DNA of 60,169 nucleotides, counting the filler, from Porpidia crustulata (taxonomy: Eukaryota): assembly GCA_964255105.1 (NCBI GenBank). It is 7 parts of 7 records of this genome, joined end to end, with 100 filler letters (N's around TTAATTAATTAA, not from the genome) between each part and the next. Parts side by side here need not be neighbours in the genome. Positions count along the whole stretch, not along the records: positions 17,279 to 25,804 come from CAXUWE010001102.1; positions 25,905 to 34,427 come from CAXUWE010001103.1; positions 34,528 to 43,026 come from CAXUWE010001104.1; 4 more parts are not named here. The stretch is one strand, 5' to 3'. Both the position numbers and the translations under genes were made by a program. The notes beneath the pieces were generated by a model that worked only from the letters and a program-made list of their open reading frames with translations, searched no databases and had not been told where the DNA came from. Below, piece by piece: positions 23,595 to 34,761 of this stretch (within the stretch, counting starts at the first letter, position 1; each line of letters begins with the position of its first letter).

Positions 23595-24983
23595 GACAGC
23601 TTGCTGGGCGGTTGAATATGTGTGGTTTCTGGCTAATGTTGAAGTAAGTGAAGACTGTTTATTTGATAAGCTGTTTGAAGAGACAAAGAAACATTGGAGA
23701 AATTCGATGATCTTGTACTTTGCTTTGAGTCATGCTTGAACCTTTCTGGGAACGATCTTGATCTCGTTTCTCTTGGCATGTAACCTTGCCAACACATATC
23801 CTAAAGGCCTGCGGAAATGGTACAATATTTGCATTTCAATCATGCATTTCATGCAGAAATTTCTCAGCTGCATGGTTGCAAGTTCTCGGAGGTCTCGTCT
23901 CATTGATTCCAAGCAGCTCCCTCTGTGATCATGCTGGAACATACAGCTTGTGCTGCAGTACGCATACATGCAAGATGGACTTCAAGAACTATGTCTGGAC
24001 ATGTTCGCTGATATGTATGTAGAGCATCTTGTGCTTAGCGAGCGCTACCGTGATGTCTTCAGACAAGAGACTACAGCATGTCAGGCCACGCTGTACGAGC
24101 AAAGCTATTCATTTCAGGAGACCAGCGCTGAAGGGACTAGGTCAATGTGCTCGAGAAGGTGATACGAGAATCCATATTTTTCGACCTATTTCACAATCAT
24201 GACGGCTAATACGAGTGGGGGGGTAAGGGTCGGAAGACTATTCATTCACTGCTAATACGATGCAAGTTGACAAACATTGAATCACTATTGATCCTTGGGA
24301 CCGGATACTTGACTTTGAGCTCCTAAATGAAGCAGACATTTCATATGTCTTTGTGGCACTTTGTTTCTATTCTTGGTTACCTCGCATCGTCCCAATTAGC
24401 TTTCACTTTTTTCAGCAGATCTGTTTCCCTTGAATGCTTTTTTCGAGTCTTTCTGCGGTCTATCTATGAAACGTTCGACTATCAGCAAACGTTCTTGTCC
24501 AGACATCATCAACGATAGAGACAGAAAAGCGGAAAGCAATACAACCGTAGGCATTCCCAGTAGCTTCTGTTCCAGAGGACGACGGAAAAACCACAAGCCG
24601 AATTTCCAAATATCATCTGCAGCTCGACTAATCGGGGAACTATTTGCAGGCTCTGGCCCACACAAGGGGAAGTGACACAGCCTAGCCAAATAAGGAGTAT
24701 CCGAACGTCAGTAGCCGAGACATGCACTGCAAGTCCACCAAGTATCGAGACCACAAGACCATATTAGCGTTGAGATCTCCTGTGGCCAAGGCGTTGCACA
24801 GATTCAGCATGCAGGCTCATAGTGTCGCAGGTCGTAGAGTTGTACTTGCATAAGACTTGCGACGTGGATGCTGCCCAAGACTTGACCATGTCGTCCGAGT
24901 CCAGCTCTGTGCCAGATATTTGACCAGTTCCATCTTCTTTGTCGGCATCTCATATCAACAGTTCACTGGAAAAACTCATACCG

Positions 24984-25804
24984 ATGTCGTTTTTCAAGTA
25001 CTTTGGCAATGGATTTCCTCAAAAGAATTATGACTTACTAGAAGAAATGTCTCGGGATCCATTTGATGAATCCCATTCCGTCAAAGCTCTTTATGATGAC
25101 GATGCCGTGCCTCTGAACCCGGATAAGTCGCCCGACCTGCTGCCACGATACGAAGAGAAGAAACCCAGGCGTGCTCACAAGCTGATCTACTGTTTCAACA
25201 TCGCTCTGTTCTGCTTCTCCCTCGTTCTTTTCTCGTTTTCCAGACCAGATCTCCTAGGATCTACAGATCCATTCAATAACACCCTGATCCGGGCAACGTC
25301 GAGGTACTGTGAGTCTTGCCACCAAATCCTCACTCAATGGCACCGATTAATGTTGGAACAGCACCAATTCTGGATCAAATCCACATCCCCCTCACGACAG
25401 TCAAAAGAAACGGCTCGTTCAGCCCAAGAGATCCTCCCTCCATCTACCGCCAAGATCCGAGTCCAGAAGTCGACGCCGCGTGGAAAAAGCTCTCGAACAT
25501 CAACACCATCCCCCTCAGCACCGCCGACGTCCTGAAGCGAGGTGCAGACCCATCCCAAACAGCAAGATTCCCCGAGCAATTCGGCTTTGGCCCGGATGCC
25601 CATATCGCAAGGATCGATGTTTTTCACCAGATCCACTGCTTGGTAATGAGCGCCCTGTTTCACCGCGTGACCGTTTTTCTGATATTGACGGTGCTAATAA
25701 CCCGCGCCAGAACGCCTTGCGAATGGAATTGTTCACAAACTTCCACCACTACTACGGCGGCAAATTCCCCTCCGACATCCCCACCCCATCGCACAAAGCC
25801 CACG
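24984..25804 (+). CDS. DUF3328 / UstYa-like oxidase #2, 3'-truncated by contig end
   Basis: TM segment (LIYCFNIALFCFSLVLFSF), YRQDPSPEVDAAW, DVFHQIHCL|NALR; ends at ...HKAH just where the second HxxHC motif is expected; two GT-AG introns. Confidence 0.92.
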
Positions 25805-25904
25805 NNNNNNNNNNNNNNNNNNNNNNNNNNNNNNNNNNNNNNNNNNNNTTAATTAATTAANNNNNNNNNNNNNNNNNNNNNNNNNNNNNNNNNNNNNNNN
25901 NNNN
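25805..25904. other. Artificial contig spacer
   Basis: N44-TTAATTAATTAA-N44. Confidence 0.98.
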
Positions 25905-25957
25905 GGGGGGCGCTGGCCAACTAGAGGGTTTGGCCAACTAGGGGGTAGATCACGTTA
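25905..25957. mobile_element. One terminus of a pogo/Fot1-like DNA transposon or MITE at contig edge
   Basis: Doubled subrepeat tggccaactag.gggt ending in ...cacgtTA; resembles the TIR of the 4750 element. Confidence 0.55.
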
Positions 25958-26237
25958 GTTAAAGCACTGAATGAGGCACTGAATAAGGTATGACGTCTAA
26001 ACCGATAGCTTTCAGCGCTAAGTACGCAATGGCCCGCCGTAATCGTATAATTCTGGATTAAATTTTTTAGCTTCTCTCTGATTGAGCGTGTCATCCTTAG
26101 TGCAGGGGCCATGCTAATTAAATCAACTCCAATTCACGTCCCAGTTCAATCGATTATTACTATCCATATATTTATAGTCGCGCTTCCGTTCTATGTCTTT
26201 CGTACATGCAGTCTCCAATACCTTGTTGGGCTTAAGC

Positions 26238-26368
26238 TACTCGTATACAGCCCTCGAATGGTCAAACCCCTCAAATGGTCAGCTAGCCTAGGGTAAGGGT
26301 TATATTTTATCAGTTTAAGCCTAGTTAACCATGTAGGGGTTTAATCATTCGTTGAGTGTATACGAGTA
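26238..26368. mobile_element. MITE, same family as 8408-8520, opposite orientation and more decayed
   Basis: tactcgtatac...gtatacgagta ends; doubled ccctc.aatggtca; internal cctagggtaagggtt. Confidence 0.8.
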
Positions 26369-27534
26369 TTGTTCATGAAGCCGATGCGTGACATGATGCT
26401 CCATATCGCAAAAGAATGAATCCGAGTTTAGCCTTGGACTTTCCGGTGCTGTCATTTCCCCAATTTGACCTTGAAGTAACTGTCAGGTTTGTTGTTCACG
26501 ATAATTCAATGCAGTACTCTGTGTTGTCATTGTTTCTATCGGTCTAAAGGGTCTTTCCACGCGACGTTGATCTCACTGACTTTGAAGACGTGCGATTTCT
26601 TTAATTATGTTTATGGTTTCGGGGCCCCACCGATTGGCTTCCAAACCGCTACTCTAGCTCATTACTCTACTCTACATCCATCTAATCGTTTTGACAAAGT
26701 CTGATATCCACGTTCATTTTGTTCGAGCTCAGTGCGCAGCTGCACGTAAAGAATGTTTAATTTCCTCGTATAATGAATGTTTGGGTATCGAGAATCCGCA
26801 TTTGAGAATTCGCTAATGTGAAGAGAAAAAAAATCTATCTAATAGACGTGATTCTTACAGAGGGGAATTGATTTTTTGTTGCGAGGAAAGTATATGTCTG
26901 ATGAACGTGAAACCGATACGTTGTGCTCAGCTGAAGGGATACAATCATCTTCCCCCCACACAAGAAAGCAAGCTCACTGGACCTTTCTCGTCATCGACAT
27001 CACACGCTCCGTCCTCCATATAGCTACGTCTGCTAACCCGCCCTCAGCTCGGTTTGAAATGCTACTCCATCCGCCACCAACCAAGCCATCGCAATCCTGA
27101 CCGTTGTTTCAACCAGCCCAAAGAGTCTTCCCACGCGACGTTGTTCTCATTTATCATGAATGCTTCTATTAACAAAAGCTCATGTTCTGTCATATCACTA
27201 AAATTGTAGAATTCTCGCGTTAAAGTCAGCCTGGGCAGGAACTACTCGCCAATAGTCTTTATCGCTCGAGCTCAGCAGGATACTTTCCTATCGTAGAAGA
27301 GTAGCAAGTGACGTTTTAATATTCCAGACTAGCCAGTGAATGTGTGTTGAACACTCGCTTAGCTTGATGTTGACCTATAAAGACTATAAACTTTCCTCAC
27401 CTTTCCTTCTTCCTCCTTCGCGTCAACAGCAAACAACGTACTGAACGATAAGCACGAGCTACCCACGTTCGTCATACATCCAATCAGTCTTCATAATTGC
27501 AATCAAATACCTCAGGTAAGATAGATCGAGCATC

Positions 27535-28496
27535 ATGTATGCTGATAGGTTTTGTAGAGAGTGCCACAACCCCCAGCATCCAGGTATGCCATGCATGCCA
27601 CAATGCTCTACCTGCGACGGACGGCATCGTGGGCAATGCAGCTTCCTGTGCCGAGCATGTGGCCAGACCGGTCATTCTGACCGCCACTGCACTGCTGTAG
27701 CGTCGGGCTACCAGGGTCGGGTTCAGGGTCGTGGTCGTGCTCGTAGTCGTGGCGGGCACGTTCAAGGTGAGCACGGACCGAACTATGAGAGGAACCGCGA
27801 AAGTGTAAGTTTTCCTACATAACCTTTGCGACACGAGCATCGTTGACGTCTCTGCTACAGCGGCAGCGGAAGAAGGAGAAGAGAGATGTGCGTACGCAGC
27901 AGCAAGGGATCGCGCCACCAGGATTTCAGCAGCAGCAGCCTCTTCCGGCCCTGGGTCCTATCGGACATTTTCAACGGCAGCTGGGGATCGTGCAAGCTGG
28001 CCTCCAAGGTCCAGCTACTTCGACAGCCCTGGTTCCCACAGGACCTCAGCAGCAGCAGATATTTCTGGCTGCCGCATCGGCTCGGGAGGTCATGATCCCG
28101 GCGGCTGCTGGCCAGGCAATGTTGAACGAATTCCCTGGTCACTTGACCAGAATAAGACTGGCAATTGCGAACCATGGTCTACCACCTGTCTTGGACCAGC
28201 TACCAGCGCGGGAGACCTTGGTGCACGGAGGGCCGATGGATGAAGAGGAGGTCGGGGAGTATCTCGGAGAGCTAGAGTATCAACCATTGGACTGGGACCG
28301 AGAAGAGCCTGGCCAGACCATTGGTGGAATCACTGACATTGACCGACCCGGCCGTACCGCCGGTCATCCTCTCGCCGAACCTCTCCGCCGTCGAGCAGCA
28401 CGCATTGAAGCAGGTCTGGAGACTGAGGTTGGTGTTGAAGTAGTACGTCGAGATACCGAGTCTTCGAGTCTCGAGAATCCCGACAAGAAGATGTAA
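27535..28496 (+). CDS. Zinc-knuckle (CCHC x3) + RG-rich protein, about 300 aa; start uncertain
   Basis: CRECHNPQHPGMPC, CSTCDGRHRGQC, CRACGQTGHSDRHC, then GRVQGRGRARSRGG; phase-0 intron 27805-27860 joins ORFs 27535 and 27843. Confidence 0.65.
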
Positions 28497-28587
28497 GAGG
28501 ATCCACCGTCAAAGGTGGCGGGAATCAAAAGCCAGAACACAGCGTCGTAGAATTCCTGCGTGGCCTGCTACCTAGGCCGTTGTGCTA

Positions 28588-28782
28588 TTTCTTTCCTGAC
28601 AGTCTTCCTCTGGGCATGTTTTAGACATGTAAGCCTCCTTGCTTAGACTTCTTTTTTCCTGGCAGTCTTCTTCCGGGCATGTTTCTAGACATGTAAGCCT
28701 CCGTGCTTAGACTTCTTTTCTCCTGGCAGTCTTCTTCCGGGCATGTTTTTATAAATGTAAGCCTTTGTGCTTAGGCTTCTTA
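28588..28782. repeat. 63-64-bp tandem repeat x3
   Basis: tcctggcagtcttcttccgggcatgttt.tagacatgtaagcctcc.tgcttagacttctt at 28594, 28657 and 28721. Confidence 0.92.
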
Positions 28783-31070
28783 TTCGCCCGCGTGCAATAT
28801 TGTCTGCCAGTATCACATAAGTCTTTAAGAGCTTATTATTGCTGCAGTTTGATAGATCAATAGTAGATATCAAATAATTTGATTGCCTATAACAACGTGC
28901 TTCATGAGTTCTCACCGTGCCTGTCCTTACCTGTCACTACAATAAATATGTGAATCCACACTGTCTCAAATCTAGAAATACCCACCCTCGTAGAGCGTAG
29001 AACACAATTACAATTCTCTTCCATCAACCTGGAAGTGAGCATCTGTCAAAAAACACTCCCTCCTTTACCAAACTCTCATGCAACACTTCTCAACAGGACG
29101 CAACTCATCGACCACATAATCCTTTAAAAAAACCCCCCCAGCAGAATATCCCCTACATTTTTCATCTTCCCGCCAACTACTCCGCTTCCCTGCATAGCCG
29201 GCCCTGGATATATTTCTCTCTCTCATGCAAAAAGGGGTAATGCACAGCTAGAGGGAGGTCGAAAGGATATCCGAGGAGAACGTATGGTGGGTGTATGGAT
29301 ATGGAATCATTTTTTTCGTCTCTTTGGAATTTTGGGTAGGTAGGGGGTTTTTTGGAGGATATACGCTTTTGCTGGCTCGGCCAACCCCTGGCCTAGTTAT
29401 CTATATTCGGACATCCGACGGCTTGGTTTCGAAACCGCTAGCTCGTAAGATGCATGGAAACGTTTTGAAAAAACCCTAATCTCCACGTTCTTTCGTTCGA
29501 GCCTGCGTACCTGCATATCGTTTACCGTTTATCATAATCATAATAGGTTCGATTCCTATTGGCGCTAGTATAGTTGGTGTTGTGGTTTTATATGGCATGG
29601 AGATAATTTTTTTCTTCATATACTCACGGCTGTGGGGATCAATGTGGTAGCGTTGGGGGAGAGAGTGATGGGTATGGTCATTTGCAAAGAGGAGGGAAGT
29701 GGGATTTTTTTGGGGAAGGGAAGGTGAGTATATATGTACTAGAGGGTCGCCATCTCGATGCGATATGAGCATCATTGCCGTCAAAATTTTGGTCCAGATT
29801 TCAACATTTAGCGAAAACGATCACGAAAACAGTCAGATTTGATGCCCCATCCAGTGCTTTATTGAATACTTCACTCAATCAATTTTCCATTCAATGCTTC
29901 ATTCAGTACTTCAATTCGAAAAAAAACATCTTGATAAAATAAAAATTAGATAAAAATCAAAAAATGAAAATCAGTCACTTGGTGGAAGATGCTTGGCAGC
30001 GGACGTTAACGCTTCTCGTCTTCGACACCTCCGAAACCTCACTACTCTAATGGCGAAAGAATCTACACAACCGTTGCATCATCCAACCAAGGTAGATTTC
30101 CATCACTAGAACATTGACATAGTTGGTACTTTATCTAGATCCTAAAAATCCTACAGTCTAGATGGAAAGATCTCGCGGTATCGTTTTTGGTAACAATTTC
30201 TTTCTTTTCTTTTCGTATCGATGATAAATGGAGAGGTAGTAGGTTCCAGTCGTTATCCGATCTCAATCTTAAAATCCGAAAAGCTCGACGAGCGGATTTC
30301 CGTTATCAATATGAAAAAAAACCACAGTCGCTCAAAATCCTTGCCTAGTGGTGCTAAGTATATATCTCTACCAGCATACATCCACCTTTCATAACATATC
30401 ATTGTTCCTTTACCATTGTTCTCCACGCTCGATTCCAATATTTCGCAGTTGAACTCCTTTTTTGTATGGCTCTTACCATAATCCGCAAATAAAAGCAACA
30501 ACTACGCGGTAGTCAATTGATTGTATCTAGAATAGTAATATCATGAACAAAACCAAAAAATCCCCATAACGCATAAATGCGCCCTGTCACGAGTCAACGC
30601 TACTGCTGACTCTTCACCTCTCAGTCTAATTTTGAAGAGGAATAGAGCTAAATTGAGCAGATTTCGGCGGCGGATAAAGAGGCTTAATTTTGTTGTCAAG
30701 GTGCGGATTGCCCTTTTTGGGTTGAGTTGGTATGTGTTTGGGTTTCATGGGTTTTCTAGATTGGTTGTGGTGATGAGAAGTTATTTTCTGGGAATTTCAC
30801 ACCTTGGGGGAATATGTGAAAAGGGGCTCTTTCACGAGATTGGCGTCAGTTGGACTGACGGGTACGCGAGTTCTGGTTTTGAGGTGATAAGTCCCATGTC
30901 GAAATTTAGATGAGAATTTGACTACGAAAATGGGAATCTTCCCCCAAAGCGACCTGACACCCTGCAGCCTATATCAATCGGAAAGAATCTTCATTTAGAT
31001 GAAGCCTAGTCCACCTTTCGACGCCTCCGGGAATCCGAAATAGCCCTGCCTCCTGAACCTGATCCCCGTT

Positions 31071-34000
31071 TCACTCTTGCTCCCTCATCCCCTTCTCCAC
31101 CCACCCCATCAAATCCGCTACAAACCCCACCAGTGGCCGATTATGCGCCATGACAAACAGCAACCTCTGTCTCAAAGGCCCAAACAGCTTCTCCATCGTG
31201 CCCTCGCGATCTTCTCCCACGCCACCAGCAACCCCGTTCATGACCAACCCCTCCGCCTTGGGGATATTCCTCGCCAGATTCCGAAGTACGAGCACGCTCG
31301 TCAGAGGCAGCCCCGCAGCCTCCCCGCGCTCATCGACGGCCGTATTATGCCAGACCTGGTAGGTGTAGCTGGCTTCCCGGCCGTGTTCGGGATCGAGCCG
31401 CATCGTGCGGGCCTGACCGGGAATCATAGTTGCAGTTGCGGGGGTGCGGTTATGCTTTGCGCGCAACGCCGCTTTTCTCGACACATCTGGTAAGTGAGTC
31501 TTGACATGCATGCCGACTTCAAAGGGGGAGGGCTTGGTGCCGGGAGCGAAGCGTGAAAAGTGAAGGCAGCCTGCCCAATGGCAATCCAGGAGATCGGGAG
31601 TGGGAAGTACGGCAGAAAATTCCCATTTCCCCTCGGAGGTACGTGGAATAAGCAGATGCGATGTTGAAATGTGGTCATACATGTGTTTTGGCTTCAAAAA
31701 GAATTGCCCGCATCGGTCTTGGCCTCGGGGCTGCCAGAGACAGCGACTGTAGGGACGTTCTTTAAGGTCCAGGGGTACGTGACGAGGACGGATACCTTTG
31801 ATGATGAACTTGCTACTTGGTCCATTAACGACTTGAGCGTTGGCGCCAGCGAAGATGGTGCTGACGTTTTTGATAAATTCGGCGGCGGGCAGAGAGGGAT
31901 GATCGAGGTCGGCGTATTTGTTAAAGCGGTCTTGATAAGCTTGCCAAAGTGCAATTTGTGTGATTTCGCTTTCAGGATCTTCTTCAAAAACGGCTTTGAG
32001 CCAACAATTGGATCGATCTGGTTCTGCAAGTCTCAAGAATTGTTCCAAGAGGTCGGTGGGAACGGCAGGAATCGCCGTCGCAGGTGTAGAGGGAATCGCG
32101 GGTAGGACGAGCTTTTTTGTGATTGATTCTTGGGCGTGATTTTGGAGTAGGCGAGTCAATTGGCCAAGGAAAGAAGGAAGAGATAGGTCGGAAGCTTTGG
32201 AAAGAAGAAGAGCGACGTTGTCGGGGACGGCAGTAAATTGGTATAGAAAGTCAAGACATGCAGAGACAAGCTCTTCATCTTCGAGTAGAATCCAATCAAA
32301 TATCTTCGTAAGGGTCGAAACCTTCACTCCGCGCAAAAGATTAGATTGTTCCAGGTTCATCGAAATCCGGCTGATCGCGCGTAAAGCAGTAAGAATTGCG
32401 CCGCGATCTAGGCCTTCGTCAACTTGATCGAGCAGCGATCTATACAGAGGATCTTCAACATTCATGATCCAGTATCTCGTAACTTGCTCGGCGATTTCCA
32501 ATGCGTAATGCTTTAGCTCCGTGACAATGGGAGATTTTGGAAGGTTTAGCGCTATTGACAGAAAATCTCGGAGTTGAGGTAATTCTGATAGATATATGGC
32601 ATTATCTTCCAATAGAGATAAATTCCGGAGAGTCAGACCAGTCTCGTGGATCTTTGTAAGTTTATGAGCCAATTCCTCAGACTCCATTTCATCCGCTGTG
32701 TCTATACGTTTCAGACACTGAATGCGTTGAAGAATATCCGGGGTGCCGTTGATCCCATCCAGAACATTGATTTCATGCTGATCTTCGGTGTAGCAAATTT
32801 CCCAACACACGTCGTAGAATAAAGAGCTGACTCCGAGTGCATAATCGATGAGAGCCTCTGCTAGGTTAGGGAATGCGTCGAATCTGTACTTGTCACCACG
32901 CTCGTGCGAGATTTTGACAAGATGGTGTAGCGCATAGTCTTGCTCTTCGGATATACCAGACCGAAGTCCTTGGAGTGTTCGTACGTAAATATTGGGACCA
33001 TCAAAGCCAGCTAATCAACGTTAAATGAGTAATAATTGCCCAAGACCGCAAGGAAATGGGATATGTACCGCCGGGTTTTATCATGCCTTTATGGGATACA
33101 ATTTTTGCATGCTGACTTGATCTACCCTCACGCTGAAGTCTCTGCTTCTCCTTGAACAAGCTCGGGTTGTTTGAAGGAGTGACGACGCCGCGCAATGTCA
33201 GCGGCATTGGTTGGCGAGGCTCATAGTTGGCTACACTAAAGTTGATGCTACCAGGGTTCGACGAAGCGGAATAATTGTATCCGGTAGTAGGCGGCGCAGC
33301 TGTAGGCGTAGGAGAAGGTAGATGGCCAGATGAGTGCCGTACTTGCCGCGAAGAAGATAGATCTGGTTGGAATAGTACACGCTGGGGAGGAGCTTGACGA
33401 AGCCCTAGAACAATATTCAGTCCACAAAAAGCCACGGCCGCTCTAGTCACCCAATGCTCACCTCTTGTTGTCCGACCTCCCCCACTGCCTGGATCATCAA
33501 TGTCCATTTTTTCTGCTTTTGGAGTCACCGTTTCTTCGCCTCCAGAACCTTCACTATCTTGACCGTTCGCTAGACTTTCGCGTATGAGTGGAGGCTTAAA
33601 GTTGTCTAGTGTACGCTTTCGAAGATCGCCTCCTTTAGCCGTTATCTTTTCAAGTATTTCCGGTGGAGGGGGTTCTTCGTTGTACAGTGTTTTAATTTCA
33701 TACGCACTACGTACTTGTGAGCAAAATAACTCAGTAGAAGAAAAACAACTTACGCAAGATTCTTATAATAAACCGTCTTGAGAGCAAATGCATATGCGGC
33801 TGCGTTTGTTGCTCCCAGGTTAAATTCTTGTCCTACCCTCCTCCACGCTAATTTCTCTTGACTTATCAGGTCGTAACCTCCACGTTCAGCGACGATGTTC
33901 CACAGCTTATACAAATCGATGTGTTTTCCATTCACACGCGCCTGAAGGTCAAGAGCTGTCCTATTCAAAAGTGGGAATTAGTAGATGATCATTGCTCGTG

Positions 34001-34128
34001 ATCATGTTTCAAGATATGAAGGGCGAGTACCCCCTGCTTTCATGGAATGCTGTCAAGGATTCAATGAACTCATCATAACCTTCAGGGTGGTCTGAAGACA
34101 TCTGGAGAGTAGCCCTTGGGGGCGCCAT
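31071..34128 (-). CDS. RSC9: RSC chromatin-remodelling complex subunit Rsc9 (ARID + RFX-like winged helix), multi-exon
   Basis: ARID exon VNGKHIDLYKLWNIVAERGGYD..LAWRRVG..LKTVYYKNL; GPNIYVRTLQGLRSG; EITQIALWQAYQ..AAEFIKNVS..FIIKGIRPR; LTSVLVLRNLARN; ATG at 34128. Confidence 0.9.
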
Positions 34129-34427
34129 AGCTTTTGTTGGAATTCTGACGTGTAATTTGCTTTTACGTTAACAGCCAGTAAGCTACGTTAATGACTCCTG
34201 ATTCTCACCCAGCGAATACTGTGAAATAATGTATGGCTTGTACATTTGTTCATACCTTGCAGCAACGGATACCTTGCTGAGGCTCTTAGAGCTATGCGAT
34301 TCAAGTACGAGCTCAGTATGGCGGGAACTAAACGCAAGAACCCTGCGGCAACTCCCGAGCCCTACAGCCCTGTAACGTAATCCGACACTAAACGCACACC
34401 CCACCAAAATCAATCATCACCTCTATA

Positions 34428-34527
34428 NNNNNNNNNNNNNNNNNNNNNNNNNNNNNNNNNNNNNNNNNNNNTTAATTAATTAANNNNNNNNNNNNNNNNN
34501 NNNNNNNNNNNNNNNNNNNNNNNNNNN
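34428..34527. other. Artificial contig spacer
   Basis: N44-TTAATTAATTAA-N44. Confidence 0.98.
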
Positions 34528-34761
34528 GGGTTTGGGGTGTGCACGGGACCGGAACGTGCACGGGCCCGGGAATACTCCTACGGCTAATCAAATACTAGCG
34601 CTCTATAAACTTTGTCCTTCGTTTTAAAGTAGTAACATGGGTACAAACACCAAGACTGGCATGATTTCATGTTTCTGACCCCAAAATTCTGATGGAATTA
34701 CGCTCTACCTACGACTGAAAGCTATTGAACTTCCGTGGCTGAGCTTGGGAGGCCAATCGAG

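Noticed and set aside
28588..28782. CRISPR-like array
   Set aside because: Contiguous tandem units without unique spacers, in a eukaryotic context
29000..30900. A/T-tract-rich region with short ORFs
   Set aside because: No convincing coding signal, RNA gene or repeat unit found
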